Source: Octopus sinensis (taxonomy: Eukaryota). Taken from it: a stretch of 64,000 nt of DNA. The position numbers and the translations under genes are program-made. Shown here piece by piece: positions 37,506-49,639 of the stretch. Location: contig NC_042998.1 of the NCBI RefSeq assembly GCF_006345805.1, positions 181,846,001 to 181,910,000 of the forward strand, given 5' to 3'. Numbering within the stretch: the stretch's first letter is position 1; each line of letters opens with the position of its first letter. The notes beneath the pieces were generated by a model, which had not been told where the DNA came from, did no database searches, and saw only the letters and a list, made by a program, of their open reading frames with translations.

Positions 37506-37759
37506 TCGTTCAGAGTTTGTAATAGAAATTCAAGCCAGAGAGAGAAAAAGGTAGAAGGAAAGAAAGTGTGATCGGCTTCTACCTTGATCTCTGTTGTTTA
37601 ACACTTATGTTCCGAATAAGAGTGTGGTGAAAAAACATTTTGGAATAACTATATATACATATAATTAATTTTGTTTTGCGTTTTATCTTTTTTACCTTTC
37701 TGAGAAAAGTGAGTTTAGAAACGACCAAAATTAGAGTGTGGTGCCGTCATAGAGTGAAT

Positions 37760-37985
37760 GAAGACGCTCATTGGACTATTCCTTAAGCCACCACTGAAAT
37801 TAGCATATATCCTGTTCTGTTCGAGTGGCTCTCGCGAAAGAATAACACCGATACCAACTACTCCACTGGGTTGGCATAAAGTAAAGGGGAGAAGTTAGGT
37901 TGGTTGACTGTGTGAGGAGGGAGGAGTTAAGTGCACATTAGGCATGCGTATGATTTACTTAACTTCCGGTTAAGCACGTCCTTCG
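37760..37985 (-). promoter_or_regulatory. Putative TATA-less housekeeping-type promoter of mitoferrin
   Basis: CpG visibly retained. CCAAT (minus, 37770-37774), TCTCGCGA (37830-37837), ETS-type ACTTCCGG (37962-37969) and ACGTG (minus, 37975-37979) lie 300-500 bp upstream of the ATG. Confidence 0.4.
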
Positions 37986-39509
37986 TAGAGGAGACTTGTC
38001 AACTTTTGAATTTTTTGTTGTTAATTCGCAATAAATGTTTTCGTTTATTTTTTTTTCGTTTTGAAGTCGGTGATATAACACCATTGTAAAGCTCAAATAA
38101 AGTTTTGTTCTATTAACACTTCTCCCCCTGCGCGTCACTGTTTTATTTCATTTATACATTTAGGATGGCATGAATGTCTCAACTTCCCAATTTCTGCTTT
38201 ATGAATCTAAATTCCCGTTCCTTCTTTAAAAAAAACAAAAACAAGCATGAATTTCATATACCTTGAAGAAAGTATGAACATCACAACATCCCGAAAATAT
38301 GATGGGCTTTGTTTTTGCATAATAGTTTGTAATAAAGTGGAACTGAATTTTTTTTTTTAATTTGGTTGAAAGAATGGGTGTTGCCCCTACCATTTTTCGC
38401 TTTTTTTTTTTTTTAACAATAGGTAAGATTAGTAAATATGAAATGAGTTTCACTTTGTGAAAAGGCGTGGTGAGAAGTTTAGTACGGGTTGTAGAAAATG
38501 TGACAATTTGTTTAGCCTCAAGTTGTCAGTACTTATGCAGAACTATATCAAGACCATTGCAGCGCAGCTATGAACATCTCTGTACCCTGAAGTACATCAG
38601 TCAATGCCTCCTTCATTTTTTAAAGATATTAAGATGAAATTTGAAGAAAATATGACTGCTATTTCTAACAGGACAAATGAGCACATAGTCTCCTTAAGTA
38701 TAATATAGTTGGTGGGCAAATACCTTCAGTAGGTTTGAATAGAAAAATTCATTGAAAACATTTTAACGTCAGGAGAAAGTGAAAGACAATTGACAAGGCT
38801 TGAACTGACTTTCAAGCAGGCCGTCTAGTTCTGAAAATACAGAAAATATAGATGCATTGTAAACTCCAGATAGTTTGTAATAACTACTGCTAACCTTCAG
38901 TCCATGGCATAAAACAAACAAGAAAGAAAATTCCTTCCGAATGGTATCAGTATATCTCAGGCGAACTGGTATTCCTTATAGTTAGAGGAACAGAGGCAAC
39001 ATAGAATAATATGTTTTGTCCAGCAAAAACAAAATACCAACTGCACAAAAAAACTCATGGCCAATGAGCTAATAATCTACACACTGACTTACTTATATAT
39101 TCTGATTATTGTTTAAAACAAGCAGGGCAACCTTTTTCAAAAAGTGGGATCTTTATCAGGTGGGCTGCACAACTAAGAAAATTCAAGGTGATTTTTTTGT
39201 TAGGCATATCATTCAGAAAGTCTGAAAATTGCTGGCCACAGTTTGCTTATGGTCTAAAATGTGTTTGTTTGTCTTAGAACACACCATTTCAGATGTGCAA
39301 ACATTTTCAAAGAGAAAAGAAGAATGGACTCCACTCCTTCGATGTATTCTAACTAGTATGGAAATTTCTTGTATAAGCAATGGGCTACCATAACATATTC
39401 TATCACTGCTTCTTCTACAACCTCTACTCCTAATTTTGTCAATTGTATACATTCACATGAACACCCATCCAATGTGTCCATCACACACACACACACGTGT
39501 GTGTGTGAA

Positions 39510-39569
<60 letters not shown>

Positions 39570-39576
<7 letters not shown>

Positions 39577-39779
39577 AACTTATAAACAAGGGAAAAGAAA
39601 AAAATTCTAATGCCAAATATGCCAAAAATAGACAAATCGTCAATAACCATATAATTTATCACTATAAGCACGCGTCTCGCTTATAGTGATAAATTTATAT
39701 GGTTATTGACGATTTGTCTATTTTCGGCATATTTGGCATTAGAATTTTTTTCTTTTCCCTTGTTTATAAGTTGTTTATA
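39570..39779. repeat. Long palindrome, 100/101-bp arms, 9-nt loop ACGCGTCTC
   Basis: 39570-39669 is the reverse complement of 39679-39779 except for one mismatch and one 1-nt indel. Abuts a (TA)n tract. Confidence 0.95.
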
Positions 39780-39873
39780 AATTTAACCTTTAAGATATTT
39801 TTTAATATGCTGGCCATTGATAGAATTTTTTCGAAAAATTTTATCCTATATTAGATATATACATATATATATA

Positions 39874-39952
<79 letters not shown>

Positions 39953-40079
39953 TGCACATACAATGGACTTACACACAGTTGCATTGGTTGGCCTGGAGCA
40001 ATAGTAAAAGACGTTTGCCTAAGGTGCTGGGCAGTGGAACTAAATCCAAAACCACACACCAATGCCTGCACCTTGTGAA

Positions 40080-41460
40080 TCATACCAGTGGAGCAGAGCC
40101 ATTTTCATGTGAGCAGAAGTTCAGTGTATTAACCTCCTCCTCGACCAGGCTATATACCTCCCGCAGGCAATCTTGTAGTTCCAAGTCAGGGCTCCAAAAG
40201 GCAAACCTATATTGGTCCTTGGGAAAGGAGTCCATCACCTTGAACATATCATCCTCCATTATGACCTCCGCAGTTACCTGCGGAGGCCAATCCGGGTCTT
40301 CAGTCCAGAACAGGATCCCCTCCCTCCGGCCCTCTAGCTTTTTCAGAAATCTCTGTACTACCCCTCCCTTATGAAAGATCACAAAATCATCCATCACACT
40401 GGGAGGGGCCACAGTTTCCTCCAACGGTGGCACAATTCCCACTGATGAGGTTTCAGGACATGCCAGCAGTGTACTACTAACCACTGGCAATGTCCCATTC
40501 TTCTTCTTTTTCTTTTCTCCTCCCTTGTACTACGGGACAGTGTAGTTCCTTCGCTTTATCTAGAGGATCTTCCCTCCCGCAGCTTTGGGGTCCTTCAGTG
40601 GGCAAGGGCAACCACTGTTTCCCACCTTCTTCCTTTTTTTTCCTTTTTTTCCACCTCCTCGACTGCCTCCATCTCTCCCATCAAAAGAAAAGGAGGGGGC
40701 GCTACTTTTATTAACTGCTCTAGGACCCTACTTTGGTCCTGGGGACAGTTCTTCTTAATATGGTCCGATTCCAGGCACAGGTGACATTTGGTGGGGATGT
40801 GTCCTTCAAGTATCACCAAGTTCCTACAACTGGCCATTTTCAGAAAATCTGGAAATACCAGATCTTTAGCACTTGATTGGGTCCATAGGGTCAATGCCGC
40901 TTTTGACTCCATCCTATCAACCACCAGCAACAATTTCACATTTAACAGCTTGGGCCTGCGCCCACCCAGACCCCGACAGATAGTGTCCTCTATCCATTCC
41001 AGTTCAATGCCTGGTAGCAGCCCACAGACCCAAGCTATGGCTAATTCTTTCCGTAATATGTAGGAAGAAACAGAATCTTTTGCCCTTCTAAGTACTGGCT
41101 CACAAATTTGTGAGCCACCTCAGGGGTGTCAAATAGCAACCACACCATTGCATATCTAACACCCCTGGAAAAAAAACTGAATAGTTGGCAGATATTCTGC
41201 CGACTCTTTTTCAATCTCTGTCTTAGGAAAGACCGCGATGGTGCTGAGTGACTTAGAATAAGTCCTCAACACCACCGTTCTTTCCTCTAAGTTTTTCAAC
41301 TTGGGTGAGATGATTTCCCACTCCAACGCAGTGTTCATTTTCTTCGCAATGCTTTGAAAAAGTTCAGAAAAACACAACAAAGTCAAAAAACAGTTCAAAG
41401 GAAGACAAAGAAGAGCAGAAAGACAAGAAGAGAAAAAGAAAGAAGGAAGACTTGAAGAAT
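40080..41460 (-). mobile_element. Retroelement gag/ORF1 relic with a CCHC zinc knuckle (non-LTR, L1/Tx1- or I/Jockey-like)
   Basis: CHLCLESDHIKKNC = C-x2-C-x4-H-x4-C in ORF 40595..40939. Flanking interrupted frames at 41156..41398 and 40080..40490. GC higher than flanks, pyrimidine-rich leader on the minus strand. Confidence 0.7.
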
Positions 41461-41529
41461 TTTAGTCACATGTATTTATCCTAGTCTTTATTCTATTGGT
41501 CTAGTCCTTATCCTACTGGGATTCTTTTT

Positions 41530-41790
41530 TTTTTCTTTTTGCTGAACTGCCAAATTATTGTGATGTAAACAAACCAACACTGGTTGTCAAGTTGTGGTAG
41601 GGGACAAACACCAACACAAAGACACACACACACACATGCATGACAGGCTTCTTTCAGTTTCCATCTACCAAATCAACTCACAAGGCTTTGGTCAGCCCAA
41701 GGCTATAGACACTAGCCCAAGGTGCCACACAGTGGGACTGAATCCAGAACCACGTGGTTGGGAAGCAAACTTCTTATCTCACAGCCACAC
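41530..41790 (-). mobile_element. SINE family A
   Basis: Reverse complement of the family A head and body. Confidence 0.75.
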
Positions 41791-42608
41791 CTATACTTAT
41801 ATGGTCACCATTTTCTTTTAAACATATACAACATAATAATGAACGTCTGAACTTGCTGCTGTAATTTTGCACTAGAATTATACTCTCATGACAGTGAAAA
41901 AGAATTCTGGTACTATTTTTGTATAATATTGTACATGTCATGTTAGATACACCCTTTCTTTCTCATAATATTACTTCAACACCTCCATCTTGTCCACTGT
42001 GATATGCACTTTTATATAATTTCTTTTTACAATTCTTTTGTTGTCAATAAGTGTTGTTCAAAAGAAAATTCAAGCATGCAAACATATTTAAGAAATTTGA
42101 CGCCTCTATTCACAGTTAAATATATTATACAGATTTTATTTGAATTAACTGGATAGTTTCTTTTTCTTCTTCTTCTTCATATATTAGTCAACTAGTAACT
42201 AGTTACAAGAATTCACTGAAATAACTATCATAATTAACAAACTATATGTCAAGCATAAGAATTAAAAAGCTATAACTCAAGCTACAAAAATAATCCACAT
42301 TGGTAAATATTCAACTGAAAATTAACATAAAAGACATAATTTCTTAAATGGTTCCACAACTTTGAATATCAACAATCTCCAATTTTAATTGACTATATCT
42401 ATCATTTAAACTTGAGGCTTCTGGCTATGTCAGAAACAATTACCAATATTTCTCATTAATATGAATACTTGAATGACATCTGGAGAAAAAAGTGGATTTT
42501 TTTTTTAATTGCATGCAACTAAAATGTTCTGTCAATTGTTCTCCTGAAAAATATTGAGATCCAGTTTCCATACCCATATGTTGGTCACCAATTAGTTTTC
42601 CTTACATT

Positions 42609-42768
42609 TGTAATGGAGAGAAAAGACAAAGGATTGTCTATGTGCAATTCAAGTGGAAAAAATACCAAGCAGAGTATTTTTATATGAAATGTAATGGAGA
42701 GAAAAGACAAGGGATTGTCTATGCAATTCAAGTGGAACAAATACCAAGCAGAGTATTTTTATATGAAA
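42609..42768. repeat. 81-bp direct tandem duplication
   Basis: tgtaatggagagaaaagacaa...tatatgaaa occurs at 42609 and 42690 with about 3 differences. Confidence 0.9.
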
Positions 42769-42841
42769 GCACCAGGTTTTTCAATTTTTCAACAATATAC
42801 AAATACACATGCACACACACACACAGATATATCTATCTATG

Positions 42842-43040
42842 TATTATTTAATAAACACAATATATATTTTTATGAGCTATTAATAATAGTTTCATGCAAT
42901 GAAAACATCACAAACAGCATTTTTTAACATGTTTGGTGCCTTCATGCAATCCTCGGGCTAGCCTGAAGATTGCATGAAGGCACCATTGCATGAAACTGTT
43001 AGTAGCTCATAAAACTATATATATTGTTTATTAAATAATA
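42842..43040. mobile_element. Palindromic Penelope-like (pLTR) derivative carrying a type I hammerhead core
   Basis: Inverted arms centred on 42959/42960. Plus strand has CTGAAGA (42963-42969), stem II, GAAA (42992-42995), C..GTA and gct. A decayed mirror copy on the minus strand carries a ~33-nt insertion. Confidence 0.6.
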
Positions 43041-43098
43041 TTTATCTTTCACCACCAGATGGAGTACTTTTTTGTTGATCTTACCATCATTATGTATG

Positions 43099-43177
<79 letters not shown>

Positions 43178-44439
43178 TGTAAATCCTCAAGTGTAATCCG
43201 CATTTTTTTCCCAAAATTTAAAAGTCAAAATCCCTAGTGCATACTATATATGAGGTTAAAAATGAAAAATATTTTCTAAACAATGTCCGAGTCTCTATTT
43301 GCTGTCTGGCAATGTTTATTCAGACGCATTTTGTGATGTCGGGCATGAAAATACCTTAAGCTAAGCCTGAAAGCAATGAAGTCATAACTTGCAATTTATT
43401 AAACATTATTACTGTTATTTCTTTATTTTCTGCAAACAAAATGCACAAAAAAGCTACACATTTGCATTATGTTACATATACAATAATAATAAAGGACATT
43501 ACCGTATACATTTTTACAAACCAAGGATGTTATATAGACCTTGACTCAAGTTAGAAAAGGGATGCACAAGAGTTGATAGAAAAAAATGAATTATAATTTA
43601 TTTTGACAACACACAAGATCAAATGTACAGAGGGATAGAGCCAACAGAATTAACTTTAGTATCTTTTTAGCACTTCCTGAAGCATATCTATTGATTCTAG
43701 AGGGCTGAGGAGACAAAATGAATTCCATTAAAATTCTAATGTACAACATTAACAAAGCTAAATGCTGTGGGTTGTTTAGTCAAGCTCTCTACCATTCCTG
43801 CTTGCTCATTGCCCTGAAAAAAAAATTAGAAAATTCCCAAACTGAAGAAGAATGTTTGAAAATGAATAAACTTTCAAAAATGTATTAAATGAATTCGTAA
43901 ATAATAAATTTGAAAGAAAAGACTAGGAACACTACTCTTGATAGTCCTCCTCCATTTTCCCAAATGTTATGACATACATCCATGTTCCCCCTCCCCTCAT
44001 TTTGAAGAAGTGCTTCTTTGGCAGAAATTTCTTTCTTTGCTTTGCAACAACGGTTGGTGCTATCCAGAGCTAAATTACAGACAATGTCACTCTCAGAGCT
44101 ATCTCTATACAGTCACTTGATCTGCTAGAAACAGCAGCCAAACTACCCTCAAATTATATCTTACTCTCTTAAAGAAGAATGCATTGAAGAATTTTATCTT
44201 ACATACACTATCTATAAAAAGACAGGATAGTCATAGTCAGAGATCTTTTATCACAAACCTACTCAGTAAGGACTGGTCTAGGCTAAAAAACTATAGAAAC
44301 AACAATTCTCAGGTGCTGAAGAAGACAAGCTTTGTCATCATGACAACACAAAAACCAAAAGGTAATAAAGAAGAAGAAAATAATTATCTTCAAGCAAAAA
44401 AAGGGGAAAAGAATGTCTAAAACAAATTAGTATTTGATG

Positions 44440-44940
44440 GTTTGCATAAATTTCCAAGAAAAAATTAAGATTAGCTTTTATATGTATTCACTCCAACGAC
44501 GCCGTGAACGCTACATTATCTGTATGATGTGGAAAATATTCCATCAGCACTGTTCAAATGATGTTGGTATCACCTTCAAAATACATCCAAGACTTGGACC
44601 CTGTGCCATCCGTCCACAACAAAAATCTAAATCGCATCTCATAACAACAATACGGCACAATTATTTCACCTCAATTGGACCCGCTCTCTTCAACATTACA
44701 CCAGGACACGTCAAAACAGAAACTGACCACACAAAATTCAAGAAGTCTTTGGACAAATTCCTTCAAACAGTCCTGGACAAACCACCCACACCCGGATATG
44801 TCTCCTCAAACAATAACACTCTGCTCGAATGGGCCTTGGTGCCCAAATCCTGAATTGAAAGACTTCGCCAGGTGGTGCTATTAAGTTAGACATGGCCTGG
44901 GCCAATACTGGCCAAAACCTCTCTAAGTTATATCTGTTTC
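44440..44940 (+). mobile_element. CR1/L2-like LINE 3' end
   Basis: YSLQRRRERYII..WKI...GPALFNITP...FKKSLDKFLQTVLDKPPTPGY, a typical CR1-group C-terminus. Confidence 0.8.
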
Positions 44941-45965
44941 TCATAGCATGTATATTAAGATGTACACAGAATTATTTGTCAATTTTGTTGATACTCATAT
45001 CTTGGCATTAGATTCTGTTGAATATTAGAATAAATTTTATTACGATCAAGTTGAACCTGTTATTGTTGTTGCCGTCACTATCGTCATCATTGTTGTTGCC
45101 ATCACTGTCATTGTCGTCATCGTTGTTTAATGTCCCTTTTTCTACGCTGATATGGATTGGATGGTTCAACAAGAACAGATGAGCCAGAGAACTGTACCAG
45201 ATACTGTGTCTGCTTTGGCATGGTTTCTACAGCTGGATGCCCTTCCTAATACGAACCACTTAACATACTGAGTGCTTTTTACATTGCACCAGCACCAGCA
45301 CCAGTGAGTTCACCGAGTACCTGCAAGACAAAGGGAGGTTGGGTATAGAATGAAGAGATAAGAAACAATGATAGAGGAGCAGATGTCTTGATAAAGAGGT
45401 GAATACATGACTTCTGTGTGCATGCATGCACATAACACACACACACATGCACACACACACATACACACGGAAAGAGAGAGAAATAAATAATATTTCTTAC
45501 TTGAAAATGGTAGTATTTTGATAACTTTAATACCCAGATTAGTTAGGATTACAATTTACTGTCAAGAATAATTGTCATGGGACATTACTTATTTTCTTGA
45601 CAAATCAGCCAAATAATAAATAATAAATATAAATGTCCCATATGATTAAATTGAATAACAACGGCTCATTGAAACTATCCCATACTTTGAATAAGTCATT
45701 CCTGATAAAACTTCTAAGTTACTGTCAATATTTACTCTAATAGATATTTCACTGTGCACATATATTAAGTTTCTTTTTCATGTATTTAAAAACACTTCAC
45801 ACACACATACACACACACGCGCACGCGCACACACACACACACACAAACACACAACACACACACACACACACACACAGATATACATACAGCACCCAACCAA
45901 TGCAAACATGAGTTCATGATGATGCTGTGTATACATGTATATGATTATTTATGTTTACATATATA

Positions 45966-46914
45966 CAGGATGCAATGGGTAAATTGTTGCCATTTTACAT
46001 TTTTTATATTATTAATTTTGCACATGCACATTGTTTGTTTTTGATTTTGTCATAGTACAGTAGGGTCCATTGAGTACTGTCTGTGAGAAAAACAGCACCA
46101 TGATGCAATTCAATCAGCCAGAAATTTGGAAACAACAAGCTGTACTGCTTGGCATTCACACCGGAAGCTCCAATACAAACATTTCAGAGTGTTTGAGTGT
46201 CAATCTGAGGACAGTGCAGAGGATTCAGAGAGAGTAGGATGAGTCTAAAGGTGATTACGAAGGTACGGCACTCTGATCGTTGTGAAAAAAAAAGAACTCC
46301 TGAATTTGTTGGTGAAATCTAGGCCATGATTGACAACAATCCCTCCAAGTCAATCCAGTCCATTGCCAGGGACATGGAAGTGTCTGAGTTTCTTATCAGA
46401 CAGGTAGTGCATGAAGACATTCAGTATTCCTCATACAAGATGAGAAAAGGCCAATTTTTATCCCAAGCCATTAAGGACAAGAGGAAAGATTGTGCTACAA
46501 AGCTTTTGAACAAACTCAAGTATGCCCTCCAACTGAACATGCTTTGGTTTTTCTCAGATGAGAAAAATTTCTGCTAGTATCAGATGGTGAACACACAGAA
46601 CAACTGTTGGCTTGTCATGTCCTCAAAACATGTACCAAGAGTGATAAAAATCAAACATCCAGTCAACATCATGGTGTTTCGAGTGATCACTAGTAATGGC
46701 GACATTAAGCCTCCATTCATCTTACCACACAGCCTCAGACTCCACATGGAGGCCTACATCAAGTGTCTGGAGGAGGTAGTGCTGCCCTGGGTCAAGAGGG
46801 TGGCTGCTAGAAGACCCTATGGATGGCAACAGGACTTTGCACCATGCTACACAAGCAGGAGAACCCAGTCATAGCTATCAGACAATTTCTGTATCCACAT
46901 CACCCCTAACATAT
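45966..46914 (+). mobile_element. maT/DD37D-type Tc1/mariner transposon, 3'-truncated pseudogene
   Basis: TA|CAGGATG start, HTH from ATG 46100, WFFSDEKNF, QQDFAPCYTSRRTQS. Contains in-frame stops. Confidence 0.85.
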
Positions 46915-47679
46915 TTTCCTTTATGAATTCAATAAAGGCAACAATGCAACAGAAAATGCAAAGAATATTAATGCAGTATATGGGGATCGGACAATAAGTG
47001 TAAGCCAGTGTCAACAGTGGTTTCAGAAATTCTGAGCTGGAAACTACAGCCTAGAAGATGTGCCTTGTCTTGGAAGATCTGTAGAGCTCAAACACCTTTT
47101 CTTGGACCAAACAGTCACTGATGATAAGAAATGGGCTCTCTATAAAAATGTCAAGTGCCAAAGAAAGGAGAAACACCATCAGGGAAAGGAGAACACCAGC
47201 ACCCCAGGCTAAAGAAGGTCTTCACTCATGTAAGGTGTTGTTATCTGTTTGGTGGGATATGAAAGGTTTAGTCCACTTTGAACTTTTAAACCCAAACCAA
47301 ATGATAACAAAGGAGATCTACTGCAAGCAGCTTGAGCGGCTTAAGTTAGTACTAGAAGAAAAACGACCATCTCTGCTTTCAAGACAAAAGGTGTTCTTCC
47401 ATCAGAATAATGCTCAGCCACATACAGCGATAATGATATTCCAAAGGCTGGAGCAATTTGAATAGGAAACGATGCCCCACCTACCATATTTGCCAGACAT
47501 TGCCCCATCTGATTTTCATTTATTCTGCAGTCTCCAAAATCATTTGGACAGAAAAAATATGAATTCTGTAGATGAGGTCAGAACAGTACTGGAGAGTATT
47601 TTTTGTCACAGACAAGTGAATTTTGTAAGAGGGGCCTTGCAAGTATAAAAAAACTGCATTATTTATGGGATGTCCCAAT
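46915..47679 (+). mobile_element. mariner (DD34D) transposon relic with internal deletion
   Basis: HIFLYEFNKG...QWFQKF, VLLSVWWDMKG, FHQNNAQPH, PYLPDIAPSDFHLF. Right TIR similar to that at 59265. Confidence 0.88.
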
Positions 47680-48135
47680 CATCATCATTGTTTAACGTTC
47701 GCTTTCCATGCTAGCATGGGTTGTACGATTTGACTGAGGACTGGCAAACTAGATGGCTGCACCAGGCTCCAATCTGATCTGGCAGAGTTTCTACAGCTGG
47801 ATGCCCTTCCTAACGCCAACCATTCCGAGAGTGTAGTGAGTGCTTTTACATGCCACCAGCACAAGGGCCAGTCAAGTGGTACTGGCAACAGCCATGCTCA
47901 AATGGCGTTTTTTACGTGCCACCTGCACAGGAGCCAGTCCAGCAGCACTGGCAACAACCTCGCTCGAATGTTTTTTCATGTGCCACCAGTACAAGTGCCA
48001 GTAAGGCGACGCTGGTAATGATCACGCTCGAATGGTGCTTTTTATGTGCCACTGGCACAGAAGCCAGTTAGCTGCTCTGGCAATGATCATGCTCGGATGG
48101 TGCTCTTAGTGCTCCACTAGCACGGATGCCAGTCA
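47680..48135 (-). mobile_element. RTE 3' UTR/tail with diverged ~60-bp subrepeats
   Basis: (CAT)n tail and homology to 19607-20010. Confidence 0.85.
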
Positions 48136-48136
48136 T

Positions 48137-48174
<38 letters not shown>

Positions 48175-49639
48175 GTGTATGTGTGTGTGCATATCTATAT
48201 ATATATATGCAATTTAGGAACCAATGATATAAGTTGAGCTGGCAGAATCATCAGCACGCAGGACAAAATGCTTAGCAATATTCTGACCATCTTTAATGTC
48301 CTAAGTTCAAATACCACTGTAGTTAACTTGGCCTTTCATCCTTTCAAGATCAATAAAATAAGTACTAGTTGAGTACTGGAGTCAATGACCACCTTCTCTA
48401 AAATTTAAGGCTTTGAGCCTATAGTAGAAAGCATAATTCGTAAATGTTGAAGTGGTTTAGGTGGGTCAAAAGAACATCTTGTTGCAAGACCTTTTGCTTC
48501 AACAATTCATGTACAAAATACAGATGCATGCAAATAAAATAATCTTATTTATCCAACATAAATGAATAAATGAATGCCAAAGCAATTCAGCATATGTGCA
48601 GGTGTATGAATGCATATGTGAATGCTTCTGAAAAGGGGAACATGTCATGTGGAAACAGTTACACCTAATTATTCCACCTTTCTGAATGTATTGCATATAC
48701 ACGAATTTATTTTTTGCAAGCCTTGTCCGTTCTTTGCATGTTCATACATCATTATTATTGTCCTGTTTCTAGTCATGCGTGACATTTCCTTGCACTCAAC
48801 TTACAGCCAACACTATAGCCCTGTTTGTTTAGTTTGTGTCACACTAAATATACAATAATATAAATAAAAAATATATTTTTTTACAAATTTTTAAGTATAA
48901 AAAGGATTTAATAGAGAGGTAAAAGAGGTGGGAGTAATAGCATGGGGGTGTATTTGTGTCTGTGTGTCACTGCAGTTAATCAGTAGGTGGAGTGAGGTTC
49001 AACTATGAATATGGCATATAATCAACTGTCAAACAAGTTTGATATGTAGTTACTAAAGTAGTTATTATTGTTGCTGTAGTTGTTTATTGTCAAATCAATT
49101 ATGATTGAGCAAACCTAATACTAAAGGTTTCTAGCCATGACCATCTACCACACCAATTGCAAAAAGAATACTTTTACACTTACCATAGCAGAAATTATTA
49201 TGATAACATATTCAAGTGTAGCTTTTCCAAATAAAAACATGCAAGAAAGTTTGTTATTATTACAATAATCAAAAGTGGCAAGCTAACAGAATCATTGATA
49301 AGTCAGACCAAATGCTTAGTGGAATTTCTTCAGGCTCTTACTGCTGAGGTCAATTTTACCTTTTATCTTTTTGGAGTTGATAAGATAAAGTGCCAGTCAA
49401 GTAAATGACAATCTTCCTCCTCTCAGAACTGCTGGACCTGTACCAAAATTAGAAAGGTTGTAATTATACAATTTCAATTTTTTAAAAAATTAACTTTAGT
49501 TACAGGATTAAGCAAGGTAGTCACTGCTTATATAGACAAAAAACTATGAACAATCAATAATAATAAAAACGAAATTCTGTCTATCCATCTGGGACCCCTG
49601 TATCTCAGCCTATATTTCCTCTACATAGACATATTATAC

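Noticed and set aside
37476-38200. Iron-responsive element in the mitoferrin 5' region (3' UTR also scanned)
   Set aside because: CAGTGN loops on the minus strand (about 37792, 38137, 5035, 4793) lack the 5-bp upper stem and bulged C.
39353-40083. ORFs rich in YI/HT/CV repeats (also at 1056, 52280-52833, 62037)
   Set aside because: Translations of (TA)n and (CA)n microsatellites inside or beside SINEs.
43177-43400. pogo/Tc2-like left end (TA|CTGTAAATCCTCAAGTGTAATCCGCA)
   Set aside because: No matching right TIR or transposase found, so not called as an element.
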